64,000 nucleotides of DNA, taken from Pavona decussata (lineage: Eukaryota). The position numbers and the translations under genes were made by a program. The stretch covers positions 1,612,001-1,676,000 of the forward strand of contig CDRNST010000035.1 in the NCBI GenBank assembly GCA_977016875.1. The letters are read 5' to 3'. This document shows, in pieces, positions 14,801 to 28,650 of the stretch. The notes under the pieces were generated by a model. It was given only the letters and a program-made list of their open reading frames with translations, was not told where the DNA came from and made no database searches. How positions within the stretch are numbered: position 1 is the stretch's first letter; each line of letters opens with the position of its first letter.

Positions 14801-17800
14801 TGTAACCCAAGGATTTTTATTTGGGAGGCTTTAATTTTGCAATTTTTTTAACACTCGCAAAAATCATGGAATTAAAGACCCATGAAATTAAGAACGAATC
14901 AAGGTAACAGGATTTTATTTGATAAAATTAATCATTCCTGGTTCCCCCATGATCACCTTCCAGTTCTTGTCCCCTGTTTGGCTAACCTCAAGTTCCTTCT
15001 CAGTCAGCAGATCCTGCACCAGGTCCTTTCCACGCTGTGCTCTCATGACATCTCCCATGATCCGCAGGGGCTTCTCTGGTGCATTCAAGAATGGTCCATC
15101 CTGAATCATCATCATCCGACACTGTGCCCTCTCCTGCAAAGTGATATGACCAAAAGACACTAGAGCACACACAACCTTGCATAGCAAAATAGTTGAATTC
15201 ATCCATGCAATATTTAATGTCTAACATTATGAATGTTTACTGAAGACACTGAAGGCAGTGTTAAACCAAGATATGTTTTGAGCTAGTTGTTTCTCACTAA
15301 AATTACAATTTCATATTTGTAACTGCAATAACTCTAAAAGTAGAATTCTTATGTACTTTTCTTAAAGATTGCCATTATTATAATAATGATTATGATGATA
15401 GAGAGAACAGCAACAATGATAATGCTAATACAATGGAAAACTTAAAGAATTGTCTGCTACAGAGTACTTTGTACATTAGACTAAGAAATGTTTTCATGCA
15501 ACCTGACAACTATTGCACATCATTTTAGAATTACAGTTTAAAGTGCACAATAACTATCTTTCTGTGTACATTGCAATGCAGCAAAACACCTACAACTGTA
15601 CCTGAAGACTCTTGATAGTTTCACCTCCTTTTCCTGTGAGTGGAATAATCAAGAAAATTTATTGATATTGATGCAACTAACTGTTCTATCTGTTGTGGTT
15701 ACAAAAATTGAACCACAACATATCCAACGGGCAGTTTCTGCCAGGGAGGATCGGAGGAACTAACAAACGGCATAAAGACTGTTCCAAAAAATAAGCTTAA
15801 GGGGCCATCTCCTTTGAGAAACTAATGTACCTTCACAGCATGCTATCTAACTCAGCTTTTTCAGTCAAACTTCTGAAAATGGCCACCCCTCCACAATGGT
15901 GCAGTGTTTTCATCCCAGGATACAATCCATTCTCTCTCAAACAGTCTCACTACAAAGGCCCTAAGGGTAGCCACTGTAGAGTGGAGCTTATGACCTCTTT
16001 TACACACTTCTGTGCATGTGACAATAAACATTTAATGACTGGTCTCAAGGGAAACAGTTAATTGTTTCCCAAGAGTCTCAATGATTCCCCGAGACCACGT
16101 TGAGGAAAACATCGGGATTCAATTTTCTTGGAAAAACAAAATTAACTTGTTTCCCAAGGGACCAGTCATTAAGTGATCTGTTATATAGCACAACAATGAC
16201 ATTCTTTGTTCACGTAAAAAAGAAGTCAACATTCAGGTTATAGTTTTTGCAATGTTACACACTCGCGGGCTTTTGGCAGCAAACAGTTTTATAGGTGGAA
16301 GACTATATGGGATACATGTTTGTAATTTGAGGAAATCAAATGTATAAGGAGGAGAATTTGGGAAATAAGGTTAAATGGTTAGGGTTATCCCATCAAACCA
16401 CATACTTTTTCACTCAGTCAGTAACTGATTTAAACTAGCTTGAGTACAGATGACCACCTAAACCTAGATTGACAATGGGTTTAACCTAAAACCAGATTCC
16501 AGCTATGACACTTATGTGGTGTACCCACCAAGGAAGAGGATGCAAGATACAGTAGAATGACTTCAACATTTTGTCAGGAGTTTGAAAAAGGGACCAATGA
16601 CACTTACCAATAATAAGTCCAACTTTACTAGCTGGTATCATCAACTCAATCACTTGCTCACCAGGAGCAACAACTGGTAATGACATCTGACGAACAAGTA
16701 AGAAGAAGTGGTTTAGAAAAGCATTTAACTATAAAAAAAAATGTGCTAAAATATTTCTTACAATCATTTTAAGATTAAAAACATTTGCTATAAAACAATG
16801 ATGTTTCGATGTTAGCTAAACGTCATTATCAGGTCAAAATATGTTTGTAAGTTGCAGTCTATAAATACTAAAAAGAACAATGGCTGATTAATTAAGAAAA
16901 ATTAAACAAAACGTTTGGCACATATTTTGACTTGATAATGACCTTTAAGCTTATGTCGAAACATCGTCATTTTTTAGCAATTTTTTATTCTTAAAATTAT
17001 TTCAAGAAATCTTTTATCGCAATATGTTATAGACAAAATAGTCACGACAAAAATTAATATTACTGAAAGTGGCAAGTCAAGTCACGCCAACTTGAAATTA
17101 TTTTGTGACCAACATGCAATGACTGTGAATTAAAACAAAAAAATTAATTCCACAAACATTTTAAAAATGTCAGTCAAACTCTGACTCACCAATGATTCTG
17201 GAATTTTCCCTTCCTCGCATATCCTGTTTAACAAATTCTTCGCCTTCCTGTTAGAAAGAAACACTTGTGAGTACATGTACAGTATGTGAGATTGTGTAAA
17301 TATTTACATCTATCAAGCAGGTGAAGATAGTATAAATCACTAAAAGAGATGGTGGAAATAGCAACGCTGTGGAACTGTGCACGTGCAAACTGAAGCAGAT
17401 AGGCCTTTTCATTGTTTCTGGGGCCATTTGTTGGTGGGGGCGCAAATATGGAAAACGTTACAGTAAATATATAGCATTTTGGCCCACCCTGAGCCTTGTG
17501 ACTATATAAGAAAGGCACTGGACTTACTCTACAGCTTCTTTAGTGCCATTTATGGATACATGTCGATCTGGAGGCGCCATCTGTCCGGGAGGTGGGTCTG
17601 ATGAAATTATGCACAAATTGGTCAGTTCAAATCTTAATGTCAAAACTTTTGCATTCACAAAATGTGAGACAAAATAAATGTAAAGTAGCTGGGATAAAGG
17701 CAGGAAAATCAAGATTTTTAAAAACAAAACATCTCTCCTTATTTAACCTCGGAACAATACATCATTGATAGTAACGTTACAGTGGATTTTAGAGGATGGA

Positions 17801-20800
17801 AAATTTATACTAATAGTTTATTAATATTCAAAATCCAATGAATCTCAATGTTTTCCTCGACAATTAAGACTCTCGGGAACAAAATTAACTGTTTCCCTCA
17901 AGACCAGTCATTAAGTGATCACTGTAACTGATAATGATGGAAAATCCATGATAACATGTTTGAGTAAAGAGAGTCATTATAACTTAAAATGTAAACTGCT
18001 TAATGGCCCAACACAATGGTAACCTCAAGGCACCAAAATAATTAGTAACCACCAGAAATCCAGCTCACTCCTGTAAAAACACTACAAAATGCACCGTTTT
18101 AATGTGCAGCTATATTTTTTCATGGATAAGAACCACAGACAGCATGTAACAAGTAAATACATTCATCACAGGGTAGCCACTAGAATTAATAAATTATTTT
18201 TACAATTAATCCTGAAAGCTGACTTCTACAACTCACATCCCAATGCTTCAGATTCAGGGAACACAAGTAATTTCATTACCTGGGGCAACTTGGATTTTTG
18301 CTCCAGTTTCTGATTGTAGTTTATTGATCTGCTCCCCACCACGTCCAATAACTAAAAGAAGAAAAATTGAACAGTTCAGAATATGGCTGACATTTGAGGA
18401 TTGGCCATCAGTCATAGCTTTGAATATCATCATGTGTGTTCAAAGCAGCTGCGCGGCAAAAGAGACTTTGAAATAATACCACTGATGGTGTTATGCCAGT
18501 GGTTTTGTTTTATTTCATTTTACATGTAGTTGAGACAGACCATTGAAGACTGCAATTAAGTGGAATGTCAGCATGAAATTAATTATAACAAATAGAAAAC
18601 CATTGTGTACTTACTTAGTCCTACAAATCTGTTGGGGATCTTCATATCTTCTGAGACCATTGACCCAAGACCAGCTCTACAGAAGAAAAAACGTAAATTA
18701 TAAATGAGAGCCCAATGTCCTTGCACATGTTTGTCTGACAGCAACACACACATTGACAATGATCAACAAAACACACATCTTAAAGATACACTGCTACAAT
18801 GTATAAGGGTACAGGGCTGTGGATCACGTTAGTTTTGAAAAAGCTCCGTCTACAAGACAAACGGCCAGTCGCAATCCAAAGAACAGCTCTCAAGCCGGTT
18901 AAATTTCATACATTTACAAGCCTTGAGAAGTTGGTCATCCTCGTTGGCCTTTGCGGTGGCAATCTATACAGGTGTTGAAACAAAAGGCCAAATTTGAGAG
19001 TTTTGACTTTTAAATGTACAATTCGTTAGATACAGGAACCCTGATTATTCCTAAATGTACCAGCAATAGGAAGGTCATATAGGTACTAAGGATTTGCCTT
19101 CAATAAGCAGACCTCTTAAAGAGTCCACTTTGCATGATGACTCTGCATATTGACAGAATACTCCCAAATATCAACCAGCTTGTGGCATCACTGTTATGTG
19201 CCAATTGGTACTCTTAGGGATGAACGGGTGATGTTTATGTACATGTATGTAATCATAAGAACTATAAAATACCTTTGTGCAAGGCTGGCCGCAACTTGCA
19301 TAGCTATTGATTTTGGGTCTTTTCCATCCATGTTGCCTGAAAACCAAATTACACAAGACTTCAAACTTGAAGGTAAACAGTTTAGCTCCACATGCATGTA
19401 TATAGCTCATATCACATATGGGAGTTTGCACAATGCAATGACGACTGACATTTCTACAGCCCACAAAAATTAGTAAACAATATAGGCTGGTCAAATCGAA
19501 TAGGTGTGAAGATAAGAAAAAAAAACGAGAGCGTAATCTTTTAAAGCCAAAATAAGTTGCCATTACCAGTGAGGTAACGATCTGGCCCATTAGAGTAGTC
19601 AGCAATCTTGTAAAAGGTCCTACAGTCAATCTACATCATGCATGACCAGTAGTTTTGAAATTTGAATGAGTTTTGAAATGTACAGACCGTATATGACAGT
19701 TTTGAACATTGCCAGCGACATTTCAGAGTTCCCGTAAAATTGTCCCTAGTTTATCGAAAGTATAAAGCTATACATAACAGCATATTAAGTATTTCAAAAA
19801 TAACGATTGCTTCCCAAGCACTTTGAATTTTTTTTCAGTAATGCATCTTTTTCGTTAAGATTTCAGGGGAAATCTTCAAGATTCCATTCAAATGCCAGAC
19901 ATTACAAAGAGGAATTCAAATGTTCATTTCAATCTCAGAAATACTGCTCAATGTGAAGTAGCCTGACTGTCCAGGGTGCATTCTTTGTACGTCCAAGGCC
20001 GAAGATAGGCTGGGAGTATCCAAGTTCCACACCAACCAGCTGAGGAAGCGCCTAGCCAGGAAAATGTTATGCCAGCGGCCTATAGACTCTAATTCCTACA
20101 CCAGGAGAGAAATCCTGGACATTTTTGGGCAAAAACAGTTTGTTGGATGGGTAGAAGTTTTCAAAAACCTAGGTAATTTTTGGTCCCGTCATTACCTCTT
20201 TTAGGTTATCTAAACCCAGGCACAGGTATTACCTTGGTCTTTGCTGCTTTGCACCAAAGACCACAATCATGGACCAATACGCTGAGTGATTTAGAAACCC
20301 ATGCTGAAGATCTTTGGCATAACTAACCTACATAAAATGCAGCCTTGCTGACTGTAACTACCATATAGCTAGGCCAGGGTGGTTAGATATTGAGTAAAAC
20401 CATGTTTTCTAATGCTGCGAAAAGTCGTCTGTTTAACCGTAAGTGCAAAAGTGAACAGTTAAATGCCCTGCATCTATCTTTGTCTTAGACACCAAAAGGA
20501 CTTGCTGCTATATGTGCATCTCTTTCTGGTTCATGTTAATTACAACCAAAGATAGTTTCTTAAAGTTACTTTAAATCATTTCTCTTCAAAAATTCAGCAT
20601 GATACCAAAGGAAAAGAATAAAAGGTGCATACATAAGCTTACATTTAGTACAACTTTTACTTTCACCAACCTAAACTTCCTGGCCAAACAATCTAAGATT
20701 TTGACAAAAACGAAATTTTACTTCTCCCTTTTAAACAATCCCTTTCATATAATAGAAGAAATCTAATTTACTCAATGCTTTCATTTCGTAGATTACAGAG

Positions 20801-21471
20801 TCTCTACGCTACGGCTTTGATTGAACCCTGAAAACATTTATTTTTTCCTTCGATCGACCTTAGATTTCCACAAGCTTGATGGTTAGAGAAGAAAGAAAGA
20901 AACTTTCATGTTTATATTTCATTAAACAAATCCTGATCCTACCTTCTGTAGCTTGTCTTTTTACAACAATCTCGTCTCCACCGCCTAAAACGAGATTAAA
21001 TATGTCGTTTTATTTACAGGCATGAAAGAATAAGCTTGCTATTCAAGCGAAATAAGCTCACATCCTGGCACATAAAATCTCGATCCTTACCGTCGTGTTC
21101 GAAAGCTCTTTTCTTACTGATATCTGCAAAGCAGACGAAAGCAAAATAATTACCGCTCTATTCTTTGTAACAATAGACGTTCTGTTGACAAAATGACATG
21201 TGTTCTTGAGACGAATAACGAAATTTTCGCACCTTGGTCAGCCGAATGCGAAGCATCCGCTGCGGCGGCTGCTGCGGCGCTACTTGATCCCATCCGGGCC
21301 GCGATCTAACGAGAAAATTCTAGTTAAATTCCGTATAAAATACCAATTAAAGACGTTCAATAAATGTCCTACCTCCTTAGCTCTTTTTAATGCGTCAGCA
21401 AACGCTGAATTGGGATCTACAGGGGCCGCCGAAGGCGGTGGAACACTGTTGAATGCCATTGCGTCCGCCAT
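6378..21471 (-). CDS. FUBP1: Far upstream element-binding protein (FUBP1/KHSRP/FUBP3/Psi family), about 20 coding exons, 4 KH domains plus C-terminal Tyr-rich repeats
   Basis: Exon 1 reads MADAMAF...[12 protein letters not shown] (ATG 21471, GT donor 21372). KH GxxG motifs are split over exons: IPNRFVGL|IGRGGEQI (~18614/18350), [11 protein letters not shown]|KGGETIK (~16608/15620), [18 protein letters not shown] (~13450), [12 protein letters not shown]|GGETIR (~10790/9850). [10 protein letters not shown] (~7180) and [15 protein letters not shown] (~6550) are family hallmarks; stop TAG at 6378-6380. The symbol is family-level only. Confidence 0.92.
8203..8821. mobile_element. Non-autonomous hairpin-rich element embedded between (TAA)n microsatellites
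   Basis: (TAA)n at 8203-8286 and 8765-8821; long hairpin at 8291-8430; near-perfect palindrome at 8618-8682. Confidence 0.6.
11880..12024. repeat. 47-bp minisatellite, 3 copies
   Basis: Unit CTGAAAAATAGAGAGTATACTGTATGTAGTAAGCTCTGGCATGACGA; copies start at 11927 and 11974, with an imperfect first copy at ~11880. Confidence 0.9.
16034..16171. repeat. MITE-like inverted repeat; a partial copy lies at ~17840-17918
   Basis: AATGACTGGTCTCAAGGGAAACAGTTAAT ... ATTAACTTGTTTCCCAAGGGACCAGTCATT; the same right arm recurs at 17875-17918. Confidence 0.65.
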
Positions 21472-22679
21472 GTTCAACACGTGAATGAAGCAGAAAAGGG
21501 ATAATGATATAGGCCCGCAACGCATGGCGGGATTCGTAGAACAGCGCGACAGACGACCAAGGACATACTAAGCGGGGAGGGGGGGGGGGGGGGGTTGATT
21601 TCTAGCATTGGCCCAATACCCTCGCGCGTTGCACCGCTTGGTGATTTGCTCTCCAATGTTTTTGATTGATTTCTCTCGTTATTTTAGTCAACGCAGGCGA
21701 TTTCTTCCGCCCGGCGCCTTCACTTTTCCCACCTCTTCTTTGGGATGAGCAAAAGCATACTCAGAAACAGGTTTTCAGTAAAAGATTGAAAATCCAAAAA
21801 AACACTGGGACGATTGAAGCAGATTTCTAGATGTATTCGACGCGTACTTTTGATTTCAGGTTGAGGTAGACGCTTTTCAAACTGACAAAACTAGTGTCCA
21901 GGTCAGCACGGTCACAAAGCTGACTGTGTCCCTTTAAAGGAAACGGAAACGTCGACTGCTACGTAGGCTATAGATAGAACGAACATAATAGTGATAAAAC
22001 AAAGAAAAACTTCACAGGTTTTTACACCGAGGTAAACTCGAAAATTTCGCAGGGATGCCATGGAGCTCTTGATATTAAAGTCCTCAGTGCCAAAGTCTTC
22101 GTGATAAAGTTCTTATTCTGGGAAAAGAATTATCTTTTGCTTGTCCTTGCTTGTAGGATTTAACTCTGCCCCTCACGATTTGGGAGTAGCACGTATTAGT
22201 CATTGACAATTTAGCCTGAGCCCACAGTTTCTTAAGACCGCAGATATTTTTATTTCATCTCCATCTATGGAGAAAGTAAGTGGCTCAGACTATTTATTGC
22301 CAAAAATTCATTGAAAAAAAAAAATACCACACACCTGGTATTTAAAGGGTTAATTAAGGTGGAGAGCGAAAAGTGAAATGACCAAACAAAATGAAAGAAA
22401 AAAAAAACAAAAAAAGAAAATAAAAACATCAGCGAAAAAGCCCGTTAAGCTGTTTCTTATTATGCAGTTATGCATACATCCATTTATAATATCCGTAAGA
22501 GTGCATCTAGTAGGAACTGGGGGCATTGGACATCGACAAATTTTGCCTCAAACGATTGGAATAAATTAGACCTTTCAATCAGACAAAGCCCATCATTAGC
22601 TAGTTTTAAAAGAGTGGTAAGAAATGTAAATAGTCTTTAGTCTAATTTTTATATATTCATATATTAGTCTTTATTTTTC

Positions 22680-22714
<35 letters not shown>

Positions 22715-25700
22715 CATTTTTTTTTTATTCTTTTTAATTTTAGAGGACTCTTTTGTAAATCACTTATTAGTGACATTGATTTCCTCAATAAAGATTGTTA
22801 TTACCATTAGTCAATTCCAGTGTCCACCCCCCCCCCCCCCCCTCTCTCTCCCTCTCCCTGGCCGACCCCCGGGAATTAAGGGGTTTTTTTTATAAAATAA
22901 ACTGGCAAATGCTCCACGGCCGGAAACAAAAAAGTTGTTCAAATCATGGGGTAGGGGTTCAAAAATGTTTTATTTTCTTCGTTTCTCGACTTACTTTCAA
23001 TAAAATCTAAGCTAATTTAGGCCACATTTATAGTCCTAGCTAGATTTTGTTTTCCGTAGTATTGTAAAAATAGGTCATTCTGCAACTCTAGCGTCCATTT
23101 ATGTCCTATCTAGACGTATTCTAGAAGAAACTTACTGAATTTGCCAATGAATTGGTCACTAAAAGAAGCGACAATGCTGTTAGGTGAAAAAAGTGAGATC
23201 ATCAAATGCCCGGCCCGGGGTAATTGGGTGGAAGGCTAATGCCCGACCCCAGGGATGGAAAGTGTGGGAAAATGCCCCACTATTGCCCGAAGAGGGGGAT
23301 GGGCACAGCTCGGAAAAAAATTGACTGATGCATTAGGTCGTCACTCGTTACGCCGTTATGCGTTTTACTAGTTCAACCACGGAACAGAGGTGATCGAAAG
23401 CGGTCAAATAATTTTCAAGACTTTTCTTGAGAGCCGTGCAAAGTTAACAGGTTAACACAATTATCAGCCATTTTAGGTTAATTTGTCGTTCTTTTTTTGG
23501 CAATAATTCTGCATGGTAGCTAAAGCTTTTTGTCTGCTGTTCAACTAGCATGTCGCAGACGGCATGTCGAAACATAGTTGCTATTCTTGGCTTTTCACGT
23601 AAAAGTGAAAGTGTCTACAAATCGCGACCGGAAACTAAAAATTCCTGAGAAATTCAGTGCGACTTAAGATGTCTAAGATCGCCGCATTCCGGTTTCAAAC
23701 GTATGTTTCAAACTTGACACAATTATTATTTGCAGGGTTTTCTTAAAATTCCCGCGGTGAGGGTAATCATGCCGAATGCATAATTATACGCAGTATAAAA
23801 TATGAGGAATGCTGGAGTTGAAGAAAGAGACTCATTTCGTGACAAGTTCGCTCGAATAGGACCCACTATCTGGGGTAGGGGGATTATTGAAGACACCACT
23901 CGCGAGCAACATTTTATTGGTGTTAAAATTTGAGTTGATAAGAAATATTGTTGAAAGAACCTTTGGGGAATTAGCTGGGTTCACTTCAACAAAGATCCAA
24001 CAGCTTTTTCAGTTGCTCTTCTATATTACTCTGGCAAGAGTTCAGCTTACTCTGCTCAACAATCACTTCTCTACTAAAATTAGATAGCACCCATTTTTAT
24101 ACTGACTCGACAACCACCTGCTCAACACAAATTAAATCTTACGCAAGCCTACTGTGATTGGCTGCAAGGAACTTATTTGCATCCGTGCCTTCGATCTGTT
24201 AGCTGAGCTAAAGACATTTTTCCAGTAAGATATCACCATGAAACTTGAGTTGTCCAGTCAATACAAAACAGGGAAAGCAATATAAAAATTACAAGGTTCG
24301 GGATTATACAGTAAGGTTTCACAGGGATAATCTGAAAAACACTAAAAGTTGTTGTTTAAAAACTGTACTAGAAGTCGATTCGTTGAAGCTGTTAGCCTTC
24401 TTCATCGAAAGTGATTGGTTAATCGTTTCCATAAATTAAATGAGTACGTGGTAAACAAAACCTAGAGCTCAAATTATATATTCAGTACGTGGTTGATAGC
24501 TGGATTACAACAATAAATATTTATCTTCATAATCGCCTTAGGATTAACTTAGGATTACTTTCAAAAATACCTCAAAATTACAGATATTGTCATTTAGATA
24601 TCTTCATCTTTAAAATGAACATCAACTACCATGAATTCGGTAAAGAACCCAAGGAAATCTACTAAAAATGACTAAAACTAAGAACAGTAACAATTTCCCG
24701 GAATAAACCGTTGAAAGGTCAATTTGAGGAAAAACTTATAAAAAGTAAGGTAAACAAGGTGTTATCATTTGTAGGAACTTAATTAAACATATCTTTGCTA
24801 TTGCAAGTGTTTCTGCGGAAACGTACAGCTTCTAATACCGAATTCATGACAGGAGAATTTATAAATTAATCACACATTAAGAACAACTAAGTCGAACTAC
24901 AAGGTATTATCTTTCGAAGGACATGAATCAACTGGTCTTTTTCTGTGATATTCCCCAAACCGAAATATAATTTGTAATAAGTCCAAACACCAAATAAAAT
25001 TCCTTTAACTATTTTATCTCCAAATAATTGTGTGATAAATATTTTTCAACATTGTCAATTTTTATCATCTAACAATATTTTCATCTCGCAAGAGTGAGCA
25101 TTGCTAGATAAACAACCCCCGGGATAAACAACAAAAGTGAGTTTTGAATCTCATTGTCATTTTTTTATCGCTGGATTAAGGAGTGACTATGCAATAAACA
25201 CACCTTTTGAGGTTGAGGAAGGGGGATGCAGACAGGGACCACCATGCGTCTATTTTGTGGTTTGGTGGGTCATAGTGTTCGAGTACACTAGTTTTCACCG
25301 CTTCCATCACGAAGAGCGTGCATTTTTAGCGCCAGTTTGTAATTATGCCGTTCTGCAAGTCACTCACATGTCACATGCCATTCTCTAAACTTTATTCTGT
25401 CAGTTTTGCTCAACGAGTGATATCGAAGTGAAATCGAACCTGGTTTACGCGATTTGAAGTCGAAGCCTTGCGTGTAAAAAAATTGCTGTGAAGTATAGGT
25501 GATTTGCAGCCAATCCTTAGAGATCCAAAAGACAATGGTGTGGCAGCCATGTAACCTTTTGTTTTGTCATCCAACATGGCCGCCATACCGTTGTCTTTTT
25601 GGCCTCCAGGCGTTGGTTGCAAACCATCTATATAACAAAAGTTGCATAAAATATCATATATGTAAAAGGGCCTCAGGACAATTTTTTTAGCACTGAGGTC

Positions 25701-25986
25701 TTGGAGTTTAAAGGCCAAATCAGAAAATATATGTTTTCACGATCGTTTGTGAAAACCTTCCAAAACTAACATTTCGCCAAAATACGTCAAAATACGTTGT
25801 CATGAAACATTGTTACATGGCCAATACGTGTAGCCGATATATGATACAATGCAATATTTTGAATTTTCTCAGTATAATATTTTGTATAATTCTCTTTTTA
25901 GGACATTGACGAATACATTTTCAGCAACGTCGTGAGTCATTGTCCCAGCAAATTGTCAAGGTTAATTCTATGCGTCAAAACATGAT

Positions 25987-26409
25987 ATGGTTTTTGGTAA
26001 CAAGTGCGATTCACAAACCCAAAAATCGCTCATCTTCGAGGCGTTTTACTTTTTCTTTGTATCTGCCATGGTAATGAAGGAAGCCTTTTCTCCAGTGTAC
26101 TACAGACAGCTGGGACTAAGCGCTAGTTACACAGGAATTCTCTCAGGAACAGCCCCGTTTATACGCGGTGTTGGCGCACCGCTATTAGGATATCTGGCTG
26201 ACAAAACCAATAAACGAAAACCTGTTTTTCTTGTTAGTATGACAGCAAATGCGATAACGCCGATATTGGTGCTCATTCCTCGACCAGGGGAACAAGTTTG
26301 CAACTTATCACGTGTAAATCGAGGGCATCGTCAGTCTACCCGGAACGCACGGACAACTTTGAATGAAGTTTCTCACCGGAGAGCTCTTTGGTGCTCCGTG
26401 GGGAAATAA
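25987..26409 (+). CDS. Major facilitator superfamily (MFSD6/MFS_1-like) transporter, N-terminal fragment
   Basis: FYFFF...FSPVYYRQLGLSASYTGILSG...APLLGYLADKTNKRKPVF matches MFS TM1-3 and motif A (GxLADxxxRR). I recognised no continuation in the window, so it is possibly truncated. Confidence 0.7.
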   Translation: MVFGNKCDSQTQKSLIFEAFYFFFVSAMVMKEAFSPVYYRQLGLSASYTGILSGTAPFIRGVGAPLLGYLADKTNKRKPVFLVSMTANAITPILVLIPRPGEQVCNLSRVNRGHRQSTRNARTTLNEVSHRRALWCSVGK

Positions 26410-26931
26410 ATCACGTTTAGGTTTTTATTATATACAATTTCATACAGAAACGTTTACCAAAATTGAACACTCTTGCACCTAAGTAGTTGGAGGAAGCATT
26501 GCCCACGAAGACCTCTCCGTTAATACAATGATGTTCGGTAACTCAACATACCTGTATTTAATCACAAGATGTTTGGTTACAGAGCTGCCTCTACAGCTGC
26601 TCGTAGATTACAAAAATTACTAAGATTACTAGATTACTAAGACAGCTTATACAGCTTGTAATTTGGAGTTTTAGTTTTCAGTTGCTTCCTGAAGGGCGCA
26701 TGTTTTTGCAACATATTCTGTGTCTTCTGAAAACGGTGTACACTGAAAAATCTAAGTTATGTCTGTTGCACGGTGACGGAAAATATCCAAATGGTCAAAG
26801 GAATATTTTAGAAGAAGAACATATTTAATTTTTGGAGGTAATCTTATTTTGAAATTTCCGGAATATGTCCCAGAAAGACGCTCCCAAAATATTGTAAACT
26901 GTGCAGCACAGAAATGGATACGCACTGTACA

Positions 26932-26991
<60 letters not shown>

Positions 26992-27285
26992 CGATTATTT
27001 TTAATCATACAGTTACACTTTAAAATAATTTTTATTTTATTATTTATTCAAGTTAAGCGCTGTCAAACTTGGATTTACTGTAGAACCGAGCGAGTTTATT
27101 TACTTTCTTGCATGCTTATTAGCTCTTATTTACTTATTTACTTACTCACTTACTTACTTACATTTTCTCGCTTAGCTGTTTATTTACTATTGAATACCAA
27201 TCAGATAGAGTTTATTTGTTTGTGTCCGTAAACCAGGAGTTATTTTCATTAATTCTTGTTCTCTGGGACTTCAACCTTAACATGA

Positions 27286-27454
27286 GGTTATGTTCACACT
27301 TGGACCCCGAGCACCAGTGCCGGGGCGACCGGGTACAAAATACAAACGTGTGCTACTTCAGCGTCCGAGATACTTGATAAACGGGTGCGTTCACATTAGT
27401 GCTCAGGAAGAATCGACTCGAGCACCGTGCTCGGAACCAAATGTGAACATAGCC
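27286..27454. mobile_element. PIF/Harbinger-type MITE
   Basis: TIRs GGTTATGTTCACACTTGG and CCAAATGTGAACATAGCC (2 mismatches in 18 bp), flanked by TGA and TAA. Related GC-rich sequence continues to ~27805. Confidence 0.6.
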
Positions 27455-28650
27455 TAATGTCCGTAAAAACAGGGTGTCCGTAATAGTAAGATGCCCGTGC
27501 CCGGTCACTAAAAAGGACTTTGTTCAAACTCCTTGGTGCCCAAGGAACAATCGTGTTCTCGTTTGTCAATTTCCTGTGTGCCATTTTGTTTACTGTATCT
27601 CAGGGAGGCATGGAGAAAAAGCGTGGGAACTGACAAAATCTTGTTCAGACCCGTGCCCAGGAACGGTGCCCGAGTACAACCCAGGAGGGTAGGTGCCGGG
27701 CACAGTGCTGAGATTTTTGGTCTAGCACTAAAAAAATGTGTGTTCAAACTAGTGTCTGTGCCGGAGAACCGGACCCGAGCACCCAGTCTAGATCTGAACG
27801 GGGCTTAGTAATCAAAATTAATTAATTGATTGAGTGACGGGAAAAAACACAATTTACATCAGAACCGAGAAACAATAAAAGAACTTGTTCACTCAAAAGA
27901 ATTAAAATTGACTCTTTTGACACTCAAGTAACTTAAAGTGCATATGACACGAACATTTTAATTCCTGTTTCTCATAGTTCCAAACCAATCACACAAATCT
28001 GTAAATCTACATTTCTTTTGTGCACATTTTACACATGAGGAAGGTTCTTTGCTCAGTTGACAATACTAAGATTCTGGTGCATACCAAAACTCGGCAGCTG
28101 TTAAACTGTTCACTGTTATAAGTCTTTTAAAATTCCTCAGCTCGCTAGACTTCTTACCCTGTCACACAAGCACGATCATGTCACGCCACTTCTAAAAAAT
28201 CACCAACTGAATATGGCAAATGATAAGGATGTGGGAGGGGTGGGGGACTCAGTGTTCCCCTTCAAAATCTTGTACATTTCGTCGTGTCAGAATAGATTTT
28301 AACCCGCAAACTAGCCTGTGGAACTACGAAAAGACCATGCTCATCAAAATACTTGCTATGCACCTTTTAATCTCCTCATTTGATGCTACAATACGAGTAA
28401 AGAGGGCTTTCCACCCAGCCCCAGCTTCGCGAGGCTTTGCGAATCACGTATTTCTAGTAAGGATGTAGAAGGGGTGGGGGACTATTCCCCTTCAAAATTT
28501 TAAGCTTAAATGACCCTAAAGAGGGGGTAGCTCGCCACCCAATCCACCCCCACCCTGGATTCGCCCCTGCACTAGTTAAAATTACGAGGTAAAATTAACG
28601 AATCGATGCATGAAATGAAACTTTGAACATAAAGAAATGGCAAGTTAAAG

